From assembly GCA_016861205.1 (NCBI GenBank), contig BOKX01000001.1:895835-959834 (forward strand): a stretch of DNA of 64,000 bases, given 5' to 3'. A model generated the notes under the pieces. That model was not told where the DNA came from. It saw only the letters and a program-made list of their open reading frames with translations, and did no database searches. This stretch comes from Patescibacteria group bacterium. Lineage in GTDB: Bacteria > Patescibacteriota > Microgenomatia > UBA1400 > PJMF01. Below, piece after piece: positions 40,699 to 50,202 of this stretch (its first letter is position 1; each line of letters begins with the position of its first letter). A program made the translations under genes and the position numbers.

Positions 40699-42180
40699 AT
40701 GCCAACAAAATCTTCCAAACAAGCAGCCGACTTTATCGGCGAACCTCAAGTCGAGGCTGAGTTAACTGAAACCAGTCCCGCTCCAGTAACAACTTCAGAA
40801 TCCGTCCCAGAAGTCATCGTGACCGATGCTCCGGCGAACGAGGGAACAGAGCAACTGTCGGAGACCAGTCCTAAGGCTGTCAAAGACATCCCAGTTGAAC
40901 CGTTGCGACCTCGCGGCCAACGCAGTTTTCAAGGTAATGATCGACGTGGTCGGAATGGTTACCACAATGGCAATGGTCGTCGTGGCAACCATAACAATCA
41001 TGCCAATTCTTCAGCTCAAGTTGAAGAGATGGACCTGACTATAAATCGCGACACCCCCACTGTTACCATTAAAGGTATCTTAGATACCTCTCGAGATGGC
41101 CATGGTGTGTTACGAGTCTCAATGGCTGAAGATGACCGAGATGCCTACATCTCAACCTCTCAAATTCGTCGCTTTAAGTTACGTCCTGGCGACATTGTCG
41201 AAGGCCCAGGCCGCGAACCAAAAGAGAACGAACGTTATTGGGGTTTGCTCAAAGTTGACCGCATCAATGGTCAACCTGCTGAGGAAGTAATGAACAGTGA
41301 GCGAGTCAGGTTCCATCGTCTAACACCTGTTTACCCAGACTCTCAAATCAAGCTTGAGATTGGGGAAGAACCACTGTCACTGCGGATCATCGACTTAATT
41401 GCCCCAATTGGTAAAGGTCAACGAAGTTTGATCGTGTCTCCACCTAAGGCTGGTAAAACCACCTTACTGAAAGACATCGCCACTGGTATTGCAGCCAATC
41501 ACCCTGAAATTCATTTGATGGCTGTGTTAGTTGGTGAGCGGCCAGAAGAGGTGACCGACATCCGTCGACATATCGAGAAAATTACCAACGGTAAGGGTGA
41601 AACAGCTGCCAGTAACTTTGATGAGCAGCCAGAAGACCAGTGCCGAGTGGCTGAAGTTGCACTCGAGCGTGCTAAGCGCCTCGTTGAAGTTGGTCAAGAT
41701 GTGGTGATTCTGTTGGACTCAATTACTCGGTTAGCCCGAGCTTACAACTTGTCGATTCCTACCTCTGGTCGGACTCTGTCAGGTGGTTTTGATCCGGCTG
41801 CTATTCATCCAACCAAGCAGTTTTTCGGCGCCGCTCGTAACTTTGAAGTCAGTGGTTCACTGACCATCATTGGGACAGCTCTGATCGAGACTGGATCGCG
41901 AATGGACGATGTGATTTTCGAAGAGTTTAAAGGTACCGGTAACCAAGAAGTGATTCTGGATCGCCGTCTGGCTGAACGCCGTGTCTATCCAGCGATCGAT
42001 GTTCGCTCGGGAACACGTCGAGATGACCTGCTGATTGATGCTATGACCTACCAGGCGATTAGCACTTTGCACCGCATGCTTGATACCCTGGATAAGGATG
42101 AACGGAGTATCACCTTGATCAACCAACTCAAACGGACTAAGTCCAATAAAGAGTTCCTTGCCTCACTCAAAGCGGGGTAA
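40699..42180 (+). CDS. rho: Transcription termination factor Rho with disordered N-terminal extension
   Basis: [52 protein letters not shown] and [10 protein letters not shown]. Confidence 0.97.
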   Translation: MPTKSSKQAADFIGEPQVEAELTETSPAPVTTSESVPEVIVTDAPANEGTEQLSETSPKAVKDIPVEPLRPRGQRSFQGNDRRGRNGYHNGNGRRGNHNNHANSSAQVEEMDLTINRDTPTVTIKGILDTSRDGHGVLRVSMAEDDRDAYISTSQIRRFKLRPGDIVEGPGREPKENERYWGLLKVDRINGQPAEEVMNSERVRFHRLTPVYPDSQIKLEIGEEPLSLRIIDLIAPIGKGQRSLIVSPPKAGKTTLLKDIATGIAANHPEIHLMAVLVGERPEEVTDIRRHIEKITNGKGETAASNFDEQPEDQCRVAEVALERAKRLVEVGQDVVILLDSITRLARAYNLSIPTSGRTLSGGFDPAAIHPTKQFFGAARNFEVSGSLTIIGTALIETGSRMDDVIFEEFKGTGNQEVILDRRLAERRVYPAIDVRSGTRRDDLLIDAMTYQAISTLHRMLDTLDKDERSITLINQLKRTKSNKEFLASLKAG

Positions 42181-42200
42181 CTTCAAGGTATACTAGTACC

Positions 42201-43328
42201 ATGGCCAAGATCTCATTCCAGCTGAGTGTCCCAGGCGTGCTGGCTGATGTACCAGCGTTCGCCGGTTTTCTGCGGCACTATGTCCGGATGCGCGGTTATC
42301 GCTGGTTTTCCAAATTTGAGGTGTTTAAAGATGTGATCGTGGACTTGTTGTACAAGCAGCGCGGTCGCTATTCTCGACCATTTCTGCACTTTGGCACCAT
42401 TGGACTGGTCTTTTTTGTGATTACCTTTGGTCCATTGATCGTGTCGCAAACGAACGACGAGAAGCGGGCTGAAACACAGCGAACGATCGTAGCTGCCGCG
42501 AATGCCTACAACGAAAGCTTCACTACTACGCAAGCTGAAGGTGTTCGACAGTATCGTGGGGGTGAGATCATCACTCATGTGGTGAAAGAGGGGGAAACCT
42601 TGTCTTCAATCGCGCAACTTTACGGTTTGCAAGTGAGTACCATTGAGTGGGAGAACAACTTGACTAAGAACGCGAAGCTCAAGCCAGGCCAAGAGCTGCG
42701 TATTTTGCCGCTTGATGGTGTTCGTCACAAAGTAGCGCGAGGCGAAACTATTTACAGTATCGGTAAACGATACGGTTTGGATGAAACCCAAGTTCAGGTG
42801 ATCGTCGACTATCCTTTTAACGAGTTTTTGAATGACGAAACGTTCGAATTGGCCACTGGCCAGTATCTGATGGTGCCTGATGGTGTGAAGCCTGACGAAG
42901 CCACCACGCGACCTGTGGCTCGAGGTAACCTGAAGTTGACGCCTGATGCTGGTACCGTGACTGCGACTGGTTCATTTGTCTGGCCAGCGGCAGGGCGCAT
43001 TACTCAGGGCTATCGGTTCTATCATAAGGCTTTTGACATTGCCAACAGTGCCGGTGGTCCGATTTTGGCAGCTGACAGTGGTACGGTGATGGTAGCGGGT
43101 TGGCCAGATAACTCAGGTTATGCAAATCGGGTGGTCATCGACCACGGGAACGGTTACCAAACTCTGTACGCGCACTTGAGTGCCGTTCAAGTTACTGCGG
43201 GCCAACGCGTCAGCCGCGGATCAGTGATTGGCCAGATGGGCTGTACCGGTCGATGTACTGGTACACATTTACATTTTGAAGTTCGCCAGGGTGGGGTATT
43301 ACTTGATCCAGGATTGTTCTTGAAGTAA
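42201..43328 (+). CDS. LysM-LysM-M23 peptidase, membrane anchored
   Basis: One TM helix, two LysM repeats, HKAFD (HxxxD), YAHL and HLHFE (HxH). Confidence 0.92.
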   Translation: MAKISFQLSVPGVLADVPAFAGFLRHYVRMRGYRWFSKFEVFKDVIVDLLYKQRGRYSRPFLHFGTIGLVFFVITFGPLIVSQTNDEKRAETQRTIVAAANAYNESFTTTQAEGVRQYRGGEIITHVVKEGETLSSIAQLYGLQVSTIEWENNLTKNAKLKPGQELRILPLDGVRHKVARGETIYSIGKRYGLDETQVQVIVDYPFNEFLNDETFELATGQYLMVPDGVKPDEATTRPVARGNLKLTPDAGTVTATGSFVWPAAGRITQGYRFYHKAFDIANSAGGPILAADSGTVMVAGWPDNSGYANRVVIDHGNGYQTLYAHLSAVQVTAGQRVSRGSVIGQMGCTGRCTGTHLHFEVRQGGVLLDPGLFLK

Positions 43329-43335
43329 GGAAAGT

Positions 43336-44508
43336 ATGTTGGATATTGTGAAGTTACTTATCAAAGCAGGTGCGGGTGGCGATGGCCGTGTTTCGTTCCG
43401 TCGTGAGAAGTTCGTACCCAAGGGTGGGCCAGATGGTGGACACGGTGGTGACGGTGGTTCGGTTTTCATTCGTGCTAAAACTGGTTTAACCACACTCGGT
43501 GAGTACATGGGTAAAAAGGAAATTGTGGCGCGAGCCGGCCAAATGGGTGGCAAGCGTCAGCGGACAGGTGCCCAGGCCGAGTCAATCACCATGGAAGTGC
43601 CTATTGGGACCACAGTCTGGTTGTTAGCCCAAAATCAGCCGCAACCGGCCCGCAAGTACCAAGTAATCAAGGCTGGTGAGCCCTATGAGGCTGCTGAACC
43701 CAGTCAATGGCTTGATGCCAATGGTGAGTTGCTTGAAGATGTAAACGAGGTTTTATTCCAACCACTCAAGAATACTAATGTTCGCGATATACCGAAACGC
43801 GAGCTAGTGCGATTGACCGAGGATGGTCAGACTATTGAGCTAGTCCATGGTGGTAAAGGTGGGCGAGGCAACGAATCGTTTAAAGGTCCAGCTTTGACCA
43901 CCCCGTTTATTGCCGAGTACGGAGTAGAGGGTGAAGCTAAGTGTGTCATTTTGGAGTTAAAGCTGCTCGCTGATGTTGGTTTGGTTGGTTTGCCGAACGC
44001 TGGCAAGAGTACATTACTGTCAGTTTTGACTAAAGCTCGGCCAAAGATTGCCGAGTACCCATTCACCACTTTAGAGCCGCATTTGGGCGTGTTGCGCCTG
44101 GGTCAGCAGGACGAAGTGCGTGAGTTAGTTTTGGCAGATATCCCGGGTTTGATTGAAGGGGCGAGTCAGGGTAAAGGGTTGGGGTTAGAGTTTTTGCGGC
44201 ACGTTGAAAACTGTCGGACCTTACTGATGGTGCTGTATGTCCCAGATACCTTTTTGACCGATCCCGATGGGGCTGCGGCCGCGGTCTGGGAGCAGTACCA
44301 AACGGTATCTCGAGAGTTGGCAGAGTACAGTCCTGAATTGGCTGAAAAGCGACGATTTTTGATCCTCAACAAGACAGATTTATACCAAAAGACCGTTTTG
44401 GATAGTGTAGTTTCACTTTTTAAACACAAAGGTGAGACTTTGATGCCACTCAGTGGGGCCACGCAACAAGGACTGGACGAACTGAAGGTGGTGCTGAGTC
44501 AGCCGTAG
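43336..44508 (+). CDS. obgE: GTPase ObgE/CgtA
   Basis: AGAGGDG..SFRREKFVPKGGPDGG, GLPNAGKS, YPFTT, DIPGLIEGA and NKTD. Confidence 0.96.
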   Translation: MLDIVKLLIKAGAGGDGRVSFRREKFVPKGGPDGGHGGDGGSVFIRAKTGLTTLGEYMGKKEIVARAGQMGGKRQRTGAQAESITMEVPIGTTVWLLAQNQPQPARKYQVIKAGEPYEAAEPSQWLDANGELLEDVNEVLFQPLKNTNVRDIPKRELVRLTEDGQTIELVHGGKGGRGNESFKGPALTTPFIAEYGVEGEAKCVILELKLLADVGLVGLPNAGKSTLLSVLTKARPKIAEYPFTTLEPHLGVLRLGQQDEVRELVLADIPGLIEGASQGKGLGLEFLRHVENCRTLLMVLYVPDTFLTDPDGAAAAVWEQYQTVSRELAEYSPELAEKRRFLILNKTDLYQKTVLDSVVSLFKHKGETLMPLSGATQQGLDELKVVLSQP

Positions 44509-44518
44509 CAAAGATCTC

Positions 44519-46624
44519 TTAGCGAAGGTCAGAGTTTTGAAGTGGGGTGGTTTGGTCGACTGGAACTTGGTTGTTTCCTGGGTTGACGGTATCTTGCTGA
44601 TCAGCGTTAACAGTTTCATTCAAAATAGATAGATCATCAGTCAGGGCTGAACGACTTGCTTCTTGGTTGACTGGGTTGGGGGAAGCTGCCGGTCGAGTAC
44701 TGCTTGGCTTGGCAGATGCTGTAGCTTCAATAGCTGCAGTCAAACTTTGGATTTCAGCCATAATTTTTTCTCTATCGGGTGAGTCAGCTGGCATGATAGT
44801 CAACAGTTGCTCATAGACAGATTTAGCGTCAGCCAGTAGGTTCAGTTTTTGCAGCACGTTGCCTAGGTTGTAGTACGCGTTGGCATAGTCTGGCTTCAAC
44901 TGGATTGCCTGTTGGAAGAGGTTAACAGCTTGATTGTCCTGGTTTTGACTGTAAAACACGCCACCCAGTTCAAATCGCAGGTAAGGGTCGGTGGGGGCTA
45001 CTACAATGGCTTGAGTGTAGGCACTCACGGTCCATTGTTCGGCATCGTTAGCGACCCCGATCAACTGGCGGTAGATTTGAGCCAATACTTGCCAGTTCAC
45101 ACTGTCACCAGGATTAATGAAGGTCGCTGCCCGAGCTTCTCGGATGGCCTGTTGGATCAGTTGTGAGACTTGGGTTCGCTCATTTTCGGTGATGTCGGAC
45201 TTGTTAGCCAGCGCAGCAGCGATCTGGATATTGGTCTGAGCGTAGCGAGACCGATAGGAATCCATGTACGGGTTAAATTGGGTGGCTTTCTGCTGGTAGG
45301 TGTATGTCCGAACGGCATCGTTTTGTTGAGCAGCAATCAAGGCCTGCAAACTATAGTATGAGGCGATAGCTGCTCGAGTTATGCCGAAACCGCTGATGGC
45401 AACGATTAGAAGTCCAATACCGACCAAAACAGCTAAGCTGATCTGGTTTTGTCGGTGATGAGACTGCAAAGCTTGGTGATGATCAACAATACTAACGGTG
45501 AGAGCGTGAATCCGAGCTTCTCGCTCACGGCTGTTCGCGATGAAGGCAGCCAGCGCAACCGCCAACAGAGTAATGATGAGTGGGCTGGAAGGCCACAGGA
45601 TCAAACAGCCAATAGCCACCAAAGCTGCTGCCATGAATGGCCAGTGTTGGGGTGAGCTCTTGCGGCTGGTGCGAAACACCTGAACAGCGAACCAAACCCA
45701 AGTAGCTAAACCAAGTAAGCCGGTGGTGATCCACAAGGTTAGTGGGGTGTTGGTTCCTTGAATGAAGCGAACACCAGCCAAGGTTCCGGAGTTTAAGCTG
45801 GCTGGTTTGAACTGATTGAAAGCGACCTCAAAACTATCGGTGCCAACACCAATCAAAGCAGCTCGGGGGTTACGAAGAACATCAATGGCAATCGACCAGT
45901 TGGCGGCTAGTGGCAGGGTGACTGGTTGACCAGCTTGACCGGGCATGATTTGCCAGCCAGTGACCGCTAACCCCAAGATCATGACTACAGTACTGAGCAC
46001 TACCCACCAAGCAGTTGATTTGCGGGTGACGGCCCAAGTGACGACTGTTGCTAAGAAAACCAGTAAAGCTTCAAATGCGATCAAGGTAGAGCCAGCTAAG
46101 TTGAGCGCGGGATTGGACTCCAACTGGATTGGTAGGAAAAGGCTGAGGAACCGAGCTGGCAGACCCAAGCTAACTTGCGCTAACGTTGTGGCTGCCAAGA
46201 TGGTGCCGGCAGCTGCGAACGCCCACACTAATGACTGTGTCGATTTGGTTGAGAGCAGGGAGCCACCTAGTACTACTACTATTATGGCTGCTAAGTACAT
46301 ACCACCCATACCGAGTAAATTTTCCACTGGATAGACGCCGGTGAAGAAAATGGAGAGAATGACACTCACCCCAAACGCGAGTACCGCGGGAATGAGGGAG
46401 TTCAAGGTCAGGGAAATATACTTGCGATACCAGCTGGCTACCCAGAATAAAGCCATGATGATCAAGGCAGCAACACTCAAGAATATATTTTTGCTAGTCA
46501 GAAAAAAGTTGTCAAAAGCCGGTATGACGAGCACCGGCATAACGATGACGATTGCCATCATGATCGAGAGGGCAACTTGGCTAATCCAAGCAGAAGATTT
46601 AGACTCAGGAAGCATAGAAACCAT
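44519..46624 (-). CDS. Multi-TM O-antigen-ligase/O-oligosaccharyltransferase-like protein with C-terminal TPRs
   Basis: About 12 TM helices; W.IA.......LIGVG...F Wzy_C-like loop; TPRs (AIQLKPDYANAYYNLG). Confidence 0.75.
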   Translation of the reverse strand: MVSMLPESKSSAWISQVALSIMMAIVIVMPVLVIPAFDNFFLTSKNIFLSVAALIIMALFWVASWYRKYISLTLNSLIPAVLAFGVSVILSIFFTGVYPVENLLGMGGMYLAAIIVVVLGGSLLSTKSTQSLVWAFAAAGTILAATTLAQVSLGLPARFLSLFLPIQLESNPALNLAGSTLIAFEALLVFLATVVTWAVTRKSTAWWVVLSTVVMILGLAVTGWQIMPGQAGQPVTLPLAANWSIAIDVLRNPRAALIGVGTDSFEVAFNQFKPASLNSGTLAGVRFIQGTNTPLTLWITTGLLGLATWVWFAVQVFRTSRKSSPQHWPFMAAALVAIGCLILWPSSPLIITLLAVALAAFIANSREREARIHALTVSIVDHHQALQSHHRQNQISLAVLVGIGLLIVAISGFGITRAAIASYYSLQALIAAQQNDAVRTYTYQQKATQFNPYMDSYRSRYAQTNIQIAAALANKSDITENERTQVSQLIQQAIREARAATFINPGDSVNWQVLAQIYRQLIGVANDAEQWTVSAYTQAIVVAPTDPYLRFELGGVFYSQNQDNQAVNLFQQAIQLKPDYANAYYNLGNVLQKLNLLADAKSVYEQLLTIMPADSPDREKIMAEIQSLTAAIEATASAKPSSTRPAASPNPVNQEASRSALTDDLSILNETVNADQQDTVNPGNNQVPVDQTTPLQNSDLR

Positions 46625-46679
46625 TAAACAACCTCAATGGGTTGTTGTAAAGCCATGAGTTCTTGTATAGCATAGTAGT

Positions 46680-47378
46680 ATGCAACCTCGTAAGGCAGTT
46701 AATCAAGCCGGTTTGACTATGATTGAACTGCTACTGGCTCTGGGAATTGTCTCAATTTTGCTCATCGCCGCTTATTTCCTGATGCAAACTCAGATGTCGC
46801 GTTCCCGCGACGCCCGACGCAAAGCTGATTTAGAGAAGATCAAAGTAGTTTTTGAAGACTACTACAATGACAACACGTGTTATCCACCTGCCGATGTTTT
46901 GTTGAACTGCAATGCCAACACCTTAAACCCGTATTTAGATAAAGTGCCTTGTGATCCAACGGGGGAGCCGTATCTCTACCAACCAGAGGCAGATCGTTGT
47001 GCCGGCTATCGTATTTACGCGCGAATTGAAGAACCAGATGATGAAAATGTCGTTGATCTAGGCTGTGATGGAGCAAATGGCTGCGGAATTGGGGCGGGCT
47101 TTGAAGCCTACAACTACGGAGTTTCTTCGGGTGTTCCGGTGACTACACAGGCAGCTGGTGGGTCCAATCCCACCCCTTCGCCAAGTGGCGGTGGCGCTTC
47201 ACCTTCGCCGACCTCTGGGGTCTATGTCTGTGTTCCTGTGTGTAACGTCGCTACTCAAGATTATGCAGATAACTGTGAAGTCACGTTTACCAACTCAAAT
47301 TGTGACAATGCCTGTGGCTCATCTGCCAACTGGTGTGAGTACGCGATCAGCGGCGGAGCCGGGGGCGGGGGTGGCTGA
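46680..47378 (+). CDS. Type IV pilin / GspG-like prepilin
   Basis: G|LTMIELL class III signal, SRDARRKADL, YYND...YP, P.DP; Cys-rich C-terminus. Confidence 0.88.
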   Translation: MQPRKAVNQAGLTMIELLLALGIVSILLIAAYFLMQTQMSRSRDARRKADLEKIKVVFEDYYNDNTCYPPADVLLNCNANTLNPYLDKVPCDPTGEPYLYQPEADRCAGYRIYARIEEPDDENVVDLGCDGANGCGIGAGFEAYNYGVSSGVPVTTQAAGGSNPTPSPSGGGASPSPTSGVYVCVPVCNVATQDYADNCEVTFTNSNCDNACGSSANWCEYAISGGAGGGGG

Positions 47379-47950
47379 TGAAAATCGCAGGCAAAAAATA
47401 CTCTTATCGCACCTTAGATACAACTTACTCAAGACAAAGTGGTTTCACTTTGATCGAAATTCTAGTGGTGATGGTGATCATTGGTATTCTGGCTACCCTG
47501 GGGGTAGGGAGCTTCCAAACTTCACAGCAGAAATCGCGCGATGCGCGGAGAAAATCTGATTTGCGACAAATTGGTTTGGCCCTCGAGGCCTACTACAATG
47601 ATTACGGACAGTATCCGCTGAGTACCGCTGACAATCGCATCAACGGGTGTGCGGGTGGGGCTTGTACTTGGGGAGAGCAGTTTGCTGATGCTAATGGTAC
47701 GGTGTATATGGTCCAGTTGCCTGAGGATCCCAAAACCACCTTTACCTACTATTACTATGCCCCAAGTCCAACTGAGTATCAGCTCTACGCTCGGCTAGAG
47801 AACAACTTGGATCAGAGTGTTCCGACCGATGCTCAAAACAATCCGCAAGTCTATCAGAACCTCGACTGTGGGGCGTATACTTGTAACTACGGGACTTCCA
47901 GTGTTAATACTACCCCCGCCACTGGCCAGACCTTAGTGGACGATACGTAA
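47378..47950 (+). CDS. Type IV pilin / GspG-like prepilin
   Basis: G|FTLIEILVV, SRDARRKSDL, LEAYYND.G.YP, LPEDP. Confidence 0.92.
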   Translation: MKIAGKKYSYRTLDTTYSRQSGFTLIEILVVMVIIGILATLGVGSFQTSQQKSRDARRKSDLRQIGLALEAYYNDYGQYPLSTADNRINGCAGGACTWGEQFADANGTVYMVQLPEDPKTTFTYYYYAPSPTEYQLYARLENNLDQSVPTDAQNNPQVYQNLDCGAYTCNYGTSSVNTTPATGQTLVDDT

Positions 47951-47951
47951 T

Positions 47952-48455
47952 ATGATCAAGTCCTACCTACCTCAACCCAGTTTAGTTCGTCGCCAGGCGG
48001 GTTTTACCCTGATCGAGATCTTGGTGGTTATTTCAGTGATCGGTATTTTGGCAGGTTTGTTGTTGACGAACTTTGTCGGTGTTCGCGAGCGGGCAGCAGA
48101 TACCAGCCATAAGAATGACTTGCGTCAGCTCAAAACCGCGCTGCGTCTCTACTACAATGACGTAGGAAGTTATCCTGATGCCGGAGCTGGAGCCACCATT
48201 CAAGGTTGTGGTAGCCCTGCCGGCACATCTGTATGTGCTGATGCTTTCTCATCAGGTACAACTGTTTACATGAATGAGTTGCCGGCTGACTTTGCTTACT
48301 ACAGTGATGGCATTGATAGCTTTTTGCTAGTGACTACTCTGGCGAACGCATCTGATGAAGACATTACTGCCAGCGTGAACCGCTGCGACCCAGCTAGTCG
48401 CGGATATTTCGGTCAGACGATTGGTCCGACGGACTACTTTGTGTGTGAAGACTAG
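47952..48455 (+). CDS. Type IV pilin / GspG-like prepilin
   Basis: G|FTLIEILVV, D...KNDL.QL..AL.LYYND.G.YP. Confidence 0.92.
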   Translation: MIKSYLPQPSLVRRQAGFTLIEILVVISVIGILAGLLLTNFVGVRERAADTSHKNDLRQLKTALRLYYNDVGSYPDAGAGATIQGCGSPAGTSVCADAFSSGTTVYMNELPADFAYYSDGIDSFLLVTTLANASDEDITASVNRCDPASRGYFGQTIGPTDYFVCED

Positions 48456-49320
48456 GTTCAGGTGAGTTGGCATTCGCAAATGCGGCTTGCAGTGCTTCGA
48501 TATTCGGTCGGTAGACAGCAATTCGCCCGCCTCCAATTTGCTCTATCTCATCATACTCGCCACCCAGTTCATATCGTCTGGCCACATCGCCAATAGTGCC
48601 TGCCATCAGTTGTGAGCGACCGAACTTGTTGGCTGTGATTGGTTGGAGTTGGCCTGTTTCCTCATCCGTAGCAATTTCTCGCACCGTGGCTGAATGAATG
48701 AGTTGTCCAGAGCCGTCATAAAAAAGCACGACATCGCCAACAGCTATGTGTGTGGGGTCGACCACATTTTCGCCAAAACCCGCTTCAAATGAATCAGTTT
48801 CTGTTACCAACTCAGAAAATTGGATAACTAGTGAGTCGACACCAGCCTCGAGCCAAGAATTGCGATCGCCCCCGAAAGAAACTCCGGCGCGTTTTTCCAA
48901 CAGCTGGAGGGTGTAGCTGTGGCAGTTAAAGTTCGGGTTGGCCAGGTCTGACAAATACTGCATTGTTTCGGCTGGCGGATTGTTGATTTGTTCGTCAGCG
49001 TAACGGCGGACATCCATGTTGTAGACGTAAAAGCTGAGGTCGATCTCGATGGTCTCACCATCGGTGGTGTGACAGGTGATCGTTGTGTTCTTGGAGGCTG
49101 CATCGAAAGACATGGCGATATCACACACCAGTTGGTCGAGATCTTGAGCGTCGGTGACCCCGTGGGGGAAGAGGAGGCCCAAGGCCACTAGAATGGTGAG
49201 TAGAGCTTGCTTGCGGTAGGCGAGAAACTCAGTGGTTTTTTGAGTTAGCTCAGACCAGTTGATCTGCACCAAAGCTTGCGACTCAGTTGGCTGAAGTTCG
49301 GGGACTGGTTTTTCAGACAT
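48394..49320 (-). CDS. Exported protein with putative papain-like (Cys-His) domain
   Basis: Signal/TM segment; NCHSY, GDVVLFY...HSA and NKFG pattern typical of NlpC/P60-like papain folds. Confidence 0.6.
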   Translation of the reverse strand: MSEKPVPELQPTESQALVQINWSELTQKTTEFLAYRKQALLTILVALGLLFPHGVTDAQDLDQLVCDIAMSFDAASKNTTITCHTTDGETIEIDLSFYVYNMDVRRYADEQINNPPAETMQYLSDLANPNFNCHSYTLQLLEKRAGVSFGGDRNSWLEAGVDSLVIQFSELVTETDSFEAGFGENVVDPTHIAVGDVVLFYDGSGQLIHSATVREIATDEETGQLQPITANKFGRSQLMAGTIGDVARRYELGGEYDEIEQIGGGRIAVYRPNIEALQAAFANANSPEPSLHTQSSPSDQSSDRNIRD

Positions 49321-49394
49321 CGCTTGATTGTAGCAAAAACAAGATCAGGTGTGTCCCGTACTCAGTCGCTTGACCTCATCAAAGGCAGAAGCTC

Positions 49395-50132
49395 TTAAGG
49401 AATCAGGTGGCCTTCGCAAGTGTTGCCGTTTGCATCAGAGTTAGTGCCATCAGGGCAAGTGGTATTTGACCAAATGGGGTTCTCACGATTGGCTGTATTG
49501 ACATTGAGAGCCCCCGTTAAATTGGCGTTCGTAAAGTTGGTTTCAATTAAGGCGGTGTTGAAAAGGTTGGTGCCCTGTAAGTTTGCGCCGGTGAAGTTGA
49601 CTTGCTGAAGTCCCGAGTTTCTGAAACTGGCGCCAGCCACGTTTGCTCCGGTGAAGTTTGAGCCACTAAGGCCGCTATTTTTTAGTCTGGCCTCTGTCAA
49701 GTTGGCCCCGGAAAAGTTGACATTGTCCATATTATTGCTATTGATAACAGCTTTGATCAGACTCGCTCCACTAAAATCAGCATTCCTCAAGTCACTAGTT
49801 GCAACGTGGAGTGAGTCCAGGTTTACTCCAACAAATGAGCTAACATTGGCACGGCTTAACAAATCTTCCACCTCACAAGCAACGCAAATGAGAGTGCTCG
49901 TGCCAGAACTGGGGAAGTCTTTTGGCCAGCTCAAGAGAGTTTCTTGGTGCCGGCACTCTGTATCTGGTGGCACAATCCGAATGTTGGGTGCGTTAAAAAT
50001 GGTGGGGCGAACACAGGCGTAGATCCGATTTGACTCAACACCCTGAGCGTGGACAACAGCGACGGCAGCTGGTAACAAAAGCCCGCCTAAAAAAGCGGCG
50101 CTGGTGAGGAAGAGAGTTTTGGGAGTGAACAT
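49395..50132 (-). CDS. Secreted pentapeptide-repeat protein
   Basis: Signal peptide; A(D/N)(L/F)xx repeats (ADFSG, ANLTE, ANVAG, ANLQG, ANLTG); W.NT.CPDG C-terminal cap. Confidence 0.9.
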   Translation of the reverse strand: MFTPKTLFLTSAAFLGGLLLPAAVAVVHAQGVESNRIYACVRPTIFNAPNIRIVPPDTECRHQETLLSWPKDFPSSGTSTLICVACEVEDLLSRANVSSFVGVNLDSLHVATSDLRNADFSGASLIKAVINSNNMDNVNFSGANLTEARLKNSGLSGSNFTGANVAGASFRNSGLQQVNFTGANLQGTNLFNTALIETNFTNANLTGALNVNTANRENPIWSNTTCPDGTNSDANGNTCEGHLIP

Positions 50133-50202
50133 GGATTAAGTATCACACTTACCGAGGCTTTATCCAATGAACATGCGATATGCAACAACTCACTTTTTGA
50201 GT

